NCBI RefSeq assembly: GCF_009914755.1
Contig: NC_060933.1
DNA from: the human T2T-CHM13v2.0 reference genome, Homo sapiens
Length of the DNA stretch: 64,000 nt
Reading direction: 5' to 3' (one strand)
Part shown: positions 1-15,050 of the stretch, piece after piece
How positions within the stretch are numbered: position 1 is the first letter of the stretch
Layout of the letters: each line of letters opens with the position of its first letter
Program-made: the position numbers and the translations under genes
Notes under the pieces: model-generated
What the model saw: only the letters and a program-made list of their open reading frames with translations
The model's database searches: none
Told to the model about the DNA's origin: nothing

Positions 1-193
1 TTACTTATTAATTTATTCAGTGAATGTCTACTGAGGGCCTGCTATGTGCCAGACATGGACCAGGTGTTGAGTGTTCAATGGTAAGCAAAGCCCACATTGA
101 ACTTGCCCACATAGGACTTGCCTCTATGGAGCTTCCAGTCAACTATGGAAGACATATTAAGCAAATAAAAATACCATTAAGTATATAATAACA

Positions 194-746
194 GGCCAGG
201 AGTGGTGGCTCATGCCTGTAATCCCAGCACTTTGGGAGGTAGAGACAGAGGCTTGCTTGAGCCCAGGAGTTTGAGACCAGCCTGGGCAATATAGTGACAC
301 CTCGTCTCTACAAAAAATTTAAAAATTAGCCAAGCATGGTAGCACACACTTGGAGTCCTTGCTACTTAGGAGGCTGAGGTGGGAGGATAGCTTGAGCTCA
401 GGAGGCAGAGGTGTACTGAGACAGCACTTACACTCCAGCCTGGGTGACAGAGTAAGACTCTATCTCAAAAAAGAAGTACATAATACTTTGGGAGGCCGAG
501 GCGGGCGGATCACGAGGTCAGGAGTTCGAAACCAGCCTGACCAACATGGTGAAACCCCGTCTCTACTAGAAATACAAAAAAATTAGCTGGGTGTGGTGGC
601 ATGCACTTGTAATCCCAGCTGCTCAGGAGGTTGAGGCAGGAGAATCACTTGAACCCAGGAGGCGGAGGTTACAGTGAGCTGAGATAGCGCCATTGCACTC
701 CAGCATGGGCGACAGAGCAAGACTCTGTCTCAAAAAAAAAAAAAAA
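194..746 (+). mobile_element. Tandem Alus: AluJ-like 194-473 and a 5'-truncated AluS-like 485-746
   Basis: Alu consensus. AAGTACATAAT flanks the second copy (474-484 and 745-755). Confidence 0.9.
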
Positions 747-1836
747 GTACATAATAACAAACTGTGATAATTGATCTGAAAGAAAAGAATATTACAAGAA
801 AGAATAATATCAAGAACCTATTTCAGATTATGTGGTCAGGTAAGACCTTTTTGGGAAGGGGACGTTTATACAGGCAGACATCCAGTACTGTAAACAAACT
901 TCTATAAGGTGTGTTTATTGCACTGTATTGTTACCTAGGTTTAAGTTGTCCAGCTAACCACCAGACTGTGTACTTCTTGAAATGTAGAATCTTGTCAATA
1001 TTTGTGCCCTCAGCATGCTGCACAGAGTAGGGCCTTGGTAGCTAGTGAAAGAATGAATGGAAAGATGGAGGGATCATGGGAAGAATGAGCAAATAAATAA
1101 AGGAAACATCAGGTGGCTGTATGAGTGCATACTTGCATGAATGGATGATGGATAGGTAACGGAGGGATGGGTGACTGTCTCCAGCAGCAACACTGACAAC
1201 CAGGATTCCTGGTGGTACCAGTGAGACAAGAGTAGAAACTGATAGGAACTTAGCTGATTCCTTTACTATATTTCCAAACCATGTCCATCATTTAAGGTGA
1301 CCACCAATGGCCTCTCCTCCCCAAAAAGCCCCTTGATTACCATTGCTAAGCCCTACTCCACACGTGAATGAATTGCTGTCACCTCCTGTACTCCCACACA
1401 TGCCACACCACACTTACGTCGACAAACGTAATTGCCTTGCGCTTGCCATCTACTGATCACCTGGGGTACAGGTTTCTCAGGGCAAGCCATGCTCTCTGTG
1501 TCAGTCTTAGAAGGGATAAAGGGATAGAGAGAGGAAGAAAAGAAAGTTTCTTTCCTACATCTGAGCCAAAGAAGGTACAGAGCTCAGTGGGCAGTGAGGA
1601 GATTCTTGCTCTGATAATTCATCACATGACTTCAAAAAAGCACTTTAAATGACACATTTTTTCTAGATATGTGTCTTAGGCCTCCTAAGAGGAGTTTATT
1701 TAGAGACCCAGTTTGAGTCACAATAAAGAGTTAAAAAAAACACCCAGGGTCCCTCTGGGATCTTTTTAAAAATGAACAGAGAAAAGAAAATTATACACAG
1801 ACCACTCTCTTCCCTTTAAACAATCTCTGCCTGAAA

Positions 1837-1936
1837 ATGAATGCTCACCTGGCTTTGCATTCCTCACCTGCGGATGAACGCTCATCTGCCTTTGCATTCC
1901 CCACTGGAGGATGAACGCTCACCTGGCTTTGCATGC
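1837..1936. repeat. 37-bp tandem repeat, about 2.7 copies
   Basis: Units start at 1837, 1874 and 1911 (atgaa(c/t)gctca(c/t)ctg(g/c)ctttgcat...). Confidence 0.85.
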
Positions 1937-2652
1937 TTTAAGACTCCCATACACTTGTTTCCAGTCTCATCAAAGCTCTTAGCTACCCAAGCCCAGTTCT
2001 ATGTCAAAGGAGCTTGAATTCAGATGAGAATTTCCAAAGGGCTTGAAGATGGGAACAGAGCCCCTCTCTATTCAAAAGAGGGCAAGATAAAGAATCTGGG
2101 ACATGACAGTCCCCAGAGATTGAAATAAAATACTTCTTAATTGTGAACGGCCTGAATAGACAATTCCTAAAAGAGGGCAAGGAATTAACAAATATGGGCA
2201 TGAATATCTAACCCTAAAAGTAATGAAAGAAATGCAAATAAAGAAAGATTGTATATGTCTCCATGTATATATGTATACACACATACACACATTTTACACT
2301 GTAAGACTCTATGTGTGTCAGGATGTCCTGAAATGGTTTCTCATGTGACTGTAATTGGTAATAGGCTTCTGAAATCCTTGGGCAGTAGGTCTCAAGTGTC
2401 TCTGAAATGTTCTTACTTTTCCCCAAAAAATATAGGAGGAAAGGATATGATATCAATTTATCCCTAATTCTGATCATCCATCCTAAGGGAACATTTGAAA
2501 TACAAAAAACAAAATAGCAAAAAGAATACTAATCATGAACACTAATCACAAAGATGTTCATCTCTGTGTTGTATGTAATAGCCAAAGGCTGGAAATAGCC
2601 TTAAAGTCCAGCAATCAGAAAATGGCTATTGGTTAGACATTTATAGAATACT

Positions 2653-2945
2653 CTTTTTTTTTTTTTTGAGACAGAGTCTCACTCTGTCACCAAGGCTGAA
2701 GTGCAATGGCACAATCATGGATCATTGCAGCCTTGACCTCCCAAACTCAAGGGACCCTTCTGCCTCAGCCTTCCCAGTAGCTGGGACTAAGGGTATATAC
2801 CATCACAGATAATTTTTTATTTTTTGTAGAGATAAGATTTTCCTCTGTGGCCCAGGCTGGTCTTGAACTCCTGGGCTCAAGCAATTCTCCCACCTCAGCC
2901 TCCCAAAGTGCTGAGATTATAGGCATGAGCCACCATGCCTGGCCT
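2653..2945 (-). mobile_element. Alu (J-like)
   Basis: PolyT followed by antisense Alu consensus. Confidence 0.9.
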
Positions 2946-3619
2946 TAGAATATTCTTTATCAATGCCCACTTATGGGTTCTGCAGGGTTCTTCCCTGGGG
3001 AATGTGCTAGCAGGCTGTTGTATAGGGTGCAGTCTCCAGATCCTTCAGGAAAGTGCCTTGGTTGAGTCTCTCAAGTCCAAAACCTGGTTCTCAGCTTCTC
3101 TGGGTCAGAAACTGGATTTTCTTAGTGTAGTAGAGAAGAGTGGTCCCTTGGGGACAGACTTACTCTCACTAATACCATCCAAGGCTGCTGTAGCCATCAA
3201 ATACCAATTTATTAGAGCACAGTGGATGACATCCTTTTGCAAACAGCATAGTATGTATATCCACTGCCCAATATCTATTCTCCAGCTGGTACTAGGGTAG
3301 ACAGGAAGAAAAATCAGAAGGTTTCTTGGTGAGCAGCGTGTTTGAATAAAAGGAAATGGACAGGCTTGAGGAGTACTTTTTCAAATCATGATGAGACCTG
3401 GGGAAATGTCCCTGATTGATAGGAGAGACAAGTTCTCTGTGACTAAATTGCTTGTTTCTCCTGACAAAGTGTCTCTCTCCTCTGGAGTGTGTAGGCGGCT
3501 AGCTGACCAGTTTACTTTCCTGCACCTGCTTTTCCATGTTCACTGCTTCTCTTTTTATTAATCAATTCCATTCCTAGCAAAGGTAACTGAGCAATTGAGA
3601 GGGGGCACTGGCAGGTCCA

Positions 3620-4387
3620 GCTGGCCCAGTCATAGTCCCTTCTCTGGGGATATGGACTTGGGATTGTGCTACTTATCAATCTATTGCCTCTCAGTGCCAA
3701 ACTCAAACTTCATTCCCTGCTCTGCAAAAATGTAGCTGGACAGTCTTAATATTTTTCCTTTGTCAGCTGACAAAGGTTAAACTTTGTTAGTAAAGGGCAC
3801 TAGAGAGACATTATAGGAGAAAGAAATTTTTCTTTTTTCGTTATTCTGGTGTGCTCTGCTTAGCGGATCCCCTGCATGTTTCAGCATGCAACACCTGGGT
3901 TCTATAGATAAACCTCTCCAGTATCCAGCGTCTGCAGTGCAAGCAACTTCTTTAGCATCAGGTTCCCGCAAAGACAGATGGCTTCTCCAGGGTCTGGCTC
4001 CTACCATGCATGGTGGCCAGCATCAACCAAAGGCCAGCAGCAGCTTCCCCTGGCACTCCCTACTACAGGTAGTTTTATAGGAGTGACTCTGACAGACACC
4101 TCCCAAGAATCCCAGAGGGTAGATTTCCAGCAAGTTCCATCAACACAGCGCCACATGGACTTCTTTACAATCCAGTGAACCACAGCCATACCTGCTCCAA
4201 CAATGTCTGGATCTCAGCCCTTGGGGTGGGGATTGGGGATTGGTTTCTGTCTTGGATGGGATATCTCAGCCCTAGAGGTAGTAACTGCTCCTTCTAGTTG
4301 TTATTCCCATACTCTTTAAAATTCTCTTTACTTCCTACTGGCCAATCCTTCACTACTCCAATCCCCGTTACAGATAGTTAATAATTC
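3620..4387. mobile_element. Ancient LTR-like remnant (family uncertain)
   Basis: Resembles ERV LTR sequence by eye only. Confidence 0.4.
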
Positions 4388-4672
4388 TTTTTTGAGACAG
4401 TCTCGCTCTGTCACCCCACTAGAGTGCAGAGCGATCTTGGCTCACTGCAACCTCCGCCCTCCCGGGTTCAAGTAATTCTCATGTTTCAGCCTCCCGAATA
4501 GCTGGGACTACAGGCGTGTGCCACCACGCCTGGCTAATTTTTTGTATTTTTAGTAGAGATGGGGTTTCACCATGTTGCCCAGGCTGGTCTCGAAATCGTG
4601 AGCTCGGGCAATCAGACCGCCTCGGCCTCCCAAAGTGCTAGGTTTACAGGTGTGAGCCACCATGCTGGGCCT
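4388..4672 (-). mobile_element. Alu
   Basis: Antisense Alu consensus. Confidence 0.9.
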
Positions 4673-4929
4673 TCTAGTGTGTTTCTATAATTCACAACCA
4701 AAGGATCCTTATCTAATACAATCTGACTCTGGGAGATACTGCGCCTCCTCTCACTGTGTATTCATTTCATTGGAACCTTTAGAGTTTGAAAGACGTCCCC
4801 TTTTGAGACAATATTATTTATAAAACTGAAAATGAGAAATAACTTAAAAGCTCAATCATAGATATGCAATGAGAATAGTACTGCATTTTGAAATGTACTA
4901 ATGTTCTTGTTTCTTTTGTCTTTTCCCCT

Positions 4930-5411
4930 TCAGCACAAATCTCATGGGCTGGTTATTTTCCACCTGCTTCTTCAGATCCATGGTCCACCATTTTCCACTC
5001 TGCTTTGTGCACTGGGAGGCCACCTTTCTGCGGAATATACTTACCTCTCTGCCTTCCATTTCAGTTCTGCAAATGGGAGGTACTGGAAAGAACGTGAGGG
5101 CAGGAGGAGAGATATGCCAGGGTATTTATTGCCCTAGCTCCCCCTCTGCCAGACCACAGGTAAGAAACGACTGCATTTCTCCACCTAAATTCCTTTCGAG
5201 CTGTCCCTCACCCATCGCTGCAGTCTGTATTGTTGCTCCTTTGGGCCTCAGGGTAGCGATGCTCTCCCACATTTCTAGTCCCTGAGTGTTTTGTCATTTC
5301 TTATTCACTACCTTAGCCTTGCTGGCACTTTCATAAACAATGTCTTCATTAAACCCTTCAATGACCACACTGAGTAACCCATCTGTTTTCTGCCGAGACC
5401 CTGGCTAATAT
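4930..5411 (+). mobile_element. ERVL-type solo LTR remnant
   Basis: The 3' end cttcattaaac...atctgttttctgccgagaccctggctaata is typical of ERVL LTR termini. Confidence 0.55.
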
Positions 5412-5528
5412 AGCATCCATGGGGAAAAAGGGAGGGCAGGGATTAGAATTTACTACAGAAAAAATACGAAGAGAAATACTGAGGCTTCTGACATACAAAA
5501 TTGGATTACATAGAAAAACAAAAGCCTT

Positions 5529-5858
<330 letters not shown>

Positions 5859-6258
5859 CTATTTAGGTTATTGCTTCAGATTTTTCTTTAGTTAGGCCCG
5901 TTGTCATTTTTCCCTATTAACCAGTGGGTGGGACATTGTGAAGAAGACTACATCAGTTAGGGAGAAAGAATATAGAAATCACAGTTTCTCTGCACATTCT
6001 TAGTCGAAGTGTGATATAAATCTGTCACCACTCTCAGGGATGTGACTAACTAATTTAGAGGATTATAGGATGGAATATTTAATTATGATTACAGCAAACG
6101 TTAATGAGTAAAAGCTTATAACGTACTGCTAAGTGAAAAAGTAGGGCATGAAACGTATGGTCATTATGATCTGTCAACTATGTTAAATATGTACACAAAT
6201 ATGCGTAGGAAAAAAACTTGTAAGAAATTCACCAAAATGTATAAAGAGATGCCTTTAG

Positions 6259-7082
<824 letters not shown>

Positions 7083-8686
7083 TATGTTGTTTTTTAAGAA
7101 AACACACACATTATGTTATGCTCACGTTATCAGAAACAAATGAGACTGACCCTGGCAAGTCCCAACCAAGGAATCTGTCTCCAGATATGCCTTGGCCTGG
7201 TTGACTCTTGGAGTTAACCCTTCAGAAAGCAGGAGGCAGAGACCCTTCTGATGAGGGCTGCCTCTAGGAGTGGGACTGCTTCAGTGGATCCAGCTGAATT
7301 GTCCTGAGCAACTGTTGTAGAGATATGGGGAGTACTTAGTCTTCCAGCTGAGGCCAGGTTGGGCCACTGTGCAGTGGGCTGCTGGAAGACAAGTTGAGTC
7401 CAAACTAGCCCAGTTCTTGAGGAGCAACCACGTGACTCTATCACCGTGATATGCACAGGTTGTGACTGGTGTCCTCAGACTGGAAAACACAGTAGTGCCA
7501 GCTCAATCAGGATAGGAGAGAGACGTATACGTTGACATTTGTCTTCCTATCCGGATGAGTGTGGTCCTGCCTTTGGGCCTTTCCTTGGGCCCTCCCCTCT
7601 ATGTGAAATGCCATCTCTACTAGCGAGATTCCTGTCTGATTTATTTGTTTAGGTAGAATAGCAAGAAGTCTACATCCTGATGATCCTGGGCATTGGGAGC
7701 TCACCTCACCTTCTCTGGACTCTGGAGGGCACACACATATGGTCCCTGCTGGGGGATGCTTCGCACACAGACCGTCTTCCAGAGGCAGGGGCAGGGAAAC
7801 TGCTGTCAGGTGGGTGTTGGGATCTCTTTATATTTAGTTTTGTTGTGCTGTGGTTATTGATGTTGCGGTTTTCAGTTTCCTTCCCTCGTAGTTACTCCCC
7901 ACCTGGGCTAGCCACTCTCTACCCATCACAGGCCCAAGTCTGTGAGAAGGGGCTTCTCTTAGGTCCTCACCAAGGCCCCTTCCCAAGGTCCCTTCCCAAG
8001 GCCCAACCTGCCCACAGTCTCACCGAGGCCAGCAGGGCCCAGGTCTGGGCCCAGGTCCAGTCCCAGGCAAGGGTATTGTGTGTGCTTCCTGATAGGTCAG
8101 GCCGCCCTGAACCCTCCAGGCACACTGGCCCTAAATGTGTCTGCTTCCTGAAGGGTCAGGCTGCCCTGAACCCTCCCTGCACTTCCTCTTGTGACCAGTG
8201 TTGAAGATCAAGAGGAAGAGGAAGAGGCCAAAAATTCTTCACACAGAGCCCTGGGCTCCGAGCCCCTGTGGCCTGTCACTTACCTGGTCCACAGCAGAGG
8301 TGGTGTCTCTAGATGAGGGTAATGGGAAGCATCCTTCCCTCATGCCCTGCTCCCTTCCTCCGAGCCATACCCATTACACTGAGCCAGTCACGGCAGACAT
8401 CTAGGCAGAAGGGACCACAGGGGTGGCCTCGTTGCCTGTCCTTGCTCCCTCCACACTGCATATCTGCAGTCTAACCTGCTGAATCACAGTCCTTGTTAGG
8501 TGAGGGCCAGGACAGGAGAGAAGACACTTCACTTGTTGCCACTACCAGTCTTTCTATACCCTATCTTTGTATTCTGTCTGCCTGGCCTAGTACGGAGCCC
8601 ACTAGGTCAGCCTTTGACCAATACCCCACACAGAAGTATATTTTGGTTCTGTTTACATTCTTGTCAGAAAGCCCGCTATTTTAAGT

Positions 8687-8800
8687 CAGCGCCTCTCAAA
8701 CGTGAATGCGCATAAGGATCACCCAGGGATCTTGCCACAGCCTAAGTCCTGATTTGGGAGTTCTAGGTCAGGACATTCTGCATTTCTAACAAGCTCCTGA
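8687..8800. mobile_element. MER5-like hAT transposon fragment
   Basis: ctcaaacgtgaatgcgcata...gatcacc...ctgcatttctaacaagctcc. Confidence 0.6.
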
Positions 8801-9118
8801 TACTGCAAAGATGGAAGGGACCCAGGCTTATATTCTAGGCTCAGATGAGGTCTTGCTTGTTCTGTGAAGATTATCAGAGTGCTGATGTCAGAATTAATCA
8901 CTTCATCCATCATTTCCTGAACACCTGGCTCAGCCGTTGTCCCAGGTGCCAGCACAGTCTGCCCACATCTGCTCCCTGACTAGTCTGGGGGCTACTGGGA
9001 CACGTAGTCTTTGTAGCCGTACTCCCTAGCATGGAGGATGCTCAGCAGTTTGTTTGAGCAAATTAATGAACAAATTAATGGCATTTGAAGGTGATTTGCA
9101 AAAGGTATAGGTTATTAA

Positions 9119-10168
<1,050 letters not shown>

Positions 10169-10559
10169 CTTCTTTGGAGTTCTTATCACACTGCTGTGGG
10201 GCTCTCTCTGCTCTTCTGGGTTCCTCTGGGAGGGGAGCACAGGAGAAATTCTGACTCTGTCTTCCTCCTCTGACCTCTGCAGTGGCTGAGAGGGGGAGGT
10301 TAGGAAACCTAGAGAGAAGCGAACATGGAAGCCTGTTGATGCTCAGTCTGCTAAAAGACAAAGGACTCCAGAAAGTATCTGGAGATAAAGTGTCTCCAGG
10401 AGGAGCTTTATTCCAGCTAGAAAGCAGGGGAGGATGTTTTTTTAAAGGGCCATGTAATACAAGTCTATAGCCGAGATTGGGATTGAAATGAACTGATTAA
10501 AAGAAAGGAAACATCTAGAAAAAGACCCCAGTGAATCCCAGACTTCATTTATCTTAAAA

Positions 10560-10776
10560 CAGTCATTCTCAGCTGGAGTGAATTTTGGTCTCCCATTGGA
10601 CATTTGACAAGGTCTGGGGACATTTTTGGTTGTCACAACTGAAAAGAGGTGCTACTGGCATCTAGTGGGTAGTAGCCAGAGATGCTGCCAAACCTCCTAC
10701 AAGGCACAGGGCAGCCCCTTACAACAAAGAATTATTAGGTCCCAAATGTCAGTAGTGTCACCATTGAGAAACTTTG
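10560..10776 (+). mobile_element. MER20 DNA transposon
   Basis: gacatttttggttgtcacaactg...tgctactggcatctagtgggtag...caacaaagaattat...ttgagaaac. Confidence 0.8.
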
Positions 10777-11129
10777 CCTTAAAAGTTGTTTTTAAATATC
10801 AGCTTTAATTTACAATTTACAATGGTGCACAAATTCAGTTGCTATACCACAAAAAAATTGAGAGAAATTTATTCAGTATAAAAAAATCCAGATTAACAAT
10901 TTGGTCACCTCCTTTGAGAATGAAAAAAAAAAAAAAAGGACATCCAAATCTTAGTCAGCAATACTATTTTGTAAATTTAAAACACATCTCAAACAACACT
11001 TGCTATTTTGCAAAGAGAGAAGTAAAAGGATTCACAGCAAATATTCCCTTTAATTTAAAAGTTTAGGACATTGCTTAAATATACTTAATAACTTTTAGCA
11101 TGAAGATTTTGAAGGAAATTTTTTATGAT

Positions 11130-11510
11130 GCATCTTTTTATTTGTAAAAATTGTAAAAATTTATGGGGTACATGTGAAATCTCGTTACATATATATATAA
11201 TGCATAGTGATCAAGTCAAGGTATTTAGGCTGTCCATCACCCAAGTACAGTACATTTTTGTTTAACTATAGTCACCCTACTCTGCTATCAAGCAATGAAT
11301 GTATTCCTTCTATCTAACTGTTTGTACACTTTAACCCACTTCTCTTCATCCTTCCCCATCTCTTCCATTCATTCTTCTCAGTCTCTGTTCTCCGTATTTC
11401 CTCTCTTTACCTCAATGTAATCACATTTTTTTTGGCTCCCACATATGTGAGAACATGCTACGTTTGTCTTTTTGGGACTGGCTTATTTCACCCAAGATAA
11501 TGACCAATTC
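11130..11510 (-). mobile_element. L1 (L1MA-like) 3' fragment
   Basis: ggggtacatgtga...ctcccacatatgtgagaacatg...ggcttatttcac. Confidence 0.75.
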
Positions 11511-11649
11511 TGGAGGAAATGTATTAAGTAGAAGGGGATAAAATGCTACAAATAAATAAATATTATGAGTAGGGATGGGGAGGATCCCACTACTGGCTAT
11601 ATAATTAAAGAGATTCTCACACAACTCCATAAAGAGACATGTAAGAGGA

Positions 11650-12265
<616 letters not shown>

Positions 12266-12485
12266 CAAATAAACAAGAGCAAAAAACGCCAAAACTCCAC
12301 AATGCTGAATGGGGGAAAAAAGAAGAAAGGAACAGAAGGAGGCCTCCAGCACAATATTATTTTTTGAAATGAAAAATACCCACAAAACAATGCCACATGC
12401 TTTTGAGAACACTTGCAAATAGAATGATTTATGAGTCTTAGTCACTGCATAAACTTTACAGTTGAACTCTTGGAAATTACGCATC

Positions 12486-12503
12486 AGTGCCACCTGGTGG
12501 TAG
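12486..12503 (-). promoter_or_regulatory. Candidate CTCF site
   Basis: The minus strand reads CTACCACCAGGTGGCACT, a close match to the CTCF core. Confidence 0.6.
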
Positions 12504-12519
12504 CACTTCAAATTTGTGG

Positions 12520-13360
12520 CATAATTCAGTTTTGTTTTTAACAAGATAACATTTACATACAATGAAATGCACAGATCTTCATTTGATGATTTTTCGACAA
12601 CTGTATACCCCAGTGTAATCCCTACTCTAAATAATATATACGGTATTTCCACTGCCCCAGAAGGTTCCCTCCTACTCTCCCCATGCCCTACCCTGAAAGC
12701 AACAACTGATCCGCCTCTGTCACCACAATTAGCTTCCCCTGTTGTAGAACTTACATATGTGGAATTATACAGAATTATACAGTGCATACTCTTTTGTGTT
12801 TGCCTTCTTTCAGGAATCATAATGTTTTAGCGATTCAGTCATGTTGTAGCACGTATCAATAGTTAATTCACTTTTATTGCCAGGTGGTATTCTATTGCAT
12901 AGCTGTATTCCAGTTGGTCTATCTGTGCACCAACTGACTGACATTTGGATCATTTCCACTTATTGCCTAATACAAATAAAGCTTCTATGAATATTTACGA
13001 ATAAGGCTTTGTGTAGACATATGCTTTTTATTTACTGTGGATGGAATTGCAAGGTCATAGCATGGATAGATGTGTAATTTTTTTAATTGCGAAAAACAAT
13101 TCTCCAAATAAGTTGTATCATTTTACACATCCACCAACAATGTATTTGTATCAGCAATAAAAAGATGAACAACCCAGCTTATCTAAATAGGCAAAAAGTC
13201 GTGAATCAACATTCGGAGATATATAAGTAGCTATATAGTACAGGAAAAAGTGCCCACCATTATTAGTTTTCAGGAAAATGCAAGCTAAAACCACAATGAG
13301 ATATCACTTTACACTCACTAGAATGTTAAAATGTTGAGAATGTGGAGAAATTGGAGGCAA
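12520..13360. mobile_element. Old L1M fragments
   Basis: gttgtagaacttacatatgtggaattatac...catttggatcatttcca...aaaaccacaatgagatatcac. Confidence 0.7.
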
Positions 13361-13367
13361 TTGGAAA

Positions 13368-13368
<1 letters not shown>

Positions 13369-13408
<40 letters not shown>
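13369..13408. repeat. (CA)20 microsatellite
   Basis: Read directly. Confidence 0.95.
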
Positions 13409-13411
<3 letters not shown>

Positions 13412-13913
13412 CAGCTCTCTCAGGTCACCAGCTCAATTCCTTCACAAAAGAAGGATTCAGCTTGTGACTTGCACATTTCTGCATAGGCTACTGTTGGTCA
13501 AGCCTGGAAAGTTAAAAAGGCGGAAAGACAAATCTGCTGCTGTGCATTGGTGGCGTGGAGCCACAGGAGTGCCAGAGGCGTATACTGGGGCAGGCTCTTA
13601 TACCTGTTTTTTACTGCAGTTCTTCATTCAGTAGGGAAAGCTTTCATAGGGGTCTATTAGTAGAGGTTGGCCCTGACCCTTCTAAGGAGAATAAGAGTGT
13701 CCTGAAGTCAAAATGAATGAAAGCCAGGTGAAGAGATGGGCAGGTTTCCATGGGCCCCGCATTGCCTGGAGCTGCCCAGAACATGGGGCTGGCTGTAGCT
13801 TCACCACCCAACTTCTCTCTTCCCTCTTCCTCTTTCTGTTTCTCCTCACCTCTCTCTTCCTCCTTTTCATAACGGCATCATGTATTAAGTTTTGTTATGA
13901 GCCAGGCGTTTAA

Positions 13914-14547
13914 TTTTTTTTTTTTTGGAGACAGAGTCTTACTCTGTCACCGAGGCTAGAGCGCGGTGACGCAATCTCAGCTCACTGCAACCTCCCCTTC
14001 CGGAGTTCAAGCGATTCTCCTGCCTCAGCCTCCTGAGTAGCTGGGATTACAGGCACCCGCCACCATGCCAGGCTAATGTTTTTTTGTATTTTTAGTAGAG
14101 ACGAGGTTTCACCATGTTGGCTAGGCTGGTTTCGAACTCCTGACCTCAAGTGATATGCCCGCCTTGGCCTCCCAAAGTGCTAAGATTACAGGTGTGAGCC
14201 ACCGCACCCAGCCCTAATATATACTTTTTAATACAACACTTCAAGGTAGGCGTTATTATTGCTGTTGTTGTCATTTTTGAGACAGGGTCTCACTCTGTAG
14301 GCCAGGCAGAAGTGCAGTGGTGCTAACTGCAGCCTCCACCTCCAGGCTCAATCGATCCTCCCACCTCAGCCACCCAAATACCTGGGACTAGAGGCGTGTG
14401 CTACCATGCCTGGCTAATTTTACAATTTTTTGTCAAGACGAGATCTCGCTATATTGCCCAGGCTGATCACAAACTCCTGGGATCGAGCAATCCTCTCACT
14501 TCAGCCTCCCAAAAATGCTGGGATTATAGGCATGAGCCACGGCACCC
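13914..14547 (-). mobile_element. Two antisense Alus
   Basis: Alu consensus. Confidence 0.9.
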
Positions 14548-14614
14548 TCACCCCATGAGGGAATGTGGGCTCTCCGGTTAAGGAATTTGCTTGAGGTCAC
14601 AGAACTTGTGGATT

Positions 14615-15050
14615 CACACCCCATGGCTGCAGTCACAAATTACCACAAACGCAGAGGCTTCAAACAACATCAATGCATTCTGTTCCACTCGGGGGTCAGA
14701 GTCAGAAATGGGGCACAGGCTTGCTCTCCCTCTGGGGGCCCTACGGGAGAAAACGTCCCTTGCCCTTGCCAGCTTCTTAAGGCTGCCTCTAACCCTGGGA
14801 TCCAGGCCTGCATCACCCCCCACTCTGCTTTCATCATCACAGCTCCTTCTTTGACTCTCCCTCCTCCCTCTTATGAGAACTTTATGGCCCAAGCTCACCC
14901 AGGTAACCCAGGATAACCTCCCCATTTCAGGATCCTTCCTTTGATCACAGATGCAGAATCCCTTTTGTCATGTGAGGTAACATATTCACAGGTTTGGGGG
15001 ATAAGGAGGTAGGTATTTGGGGGGATGGGAGCATCGGTCTGCCTATCACA
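14615..15050. mobile_element. MLT1 (MaLR) LTR
   Basis: ggctgcagtcacaaattaccacaaac...aggtaacatattcacaggtt...ctgcctatcaca. Confidence 0.75.

Noticed and set aside
7680-8204. 174-aa ORF with a hydrophobic patch
   Set aside because: It has no ATG at the called start, no family similarity I recognise and no exon structure.
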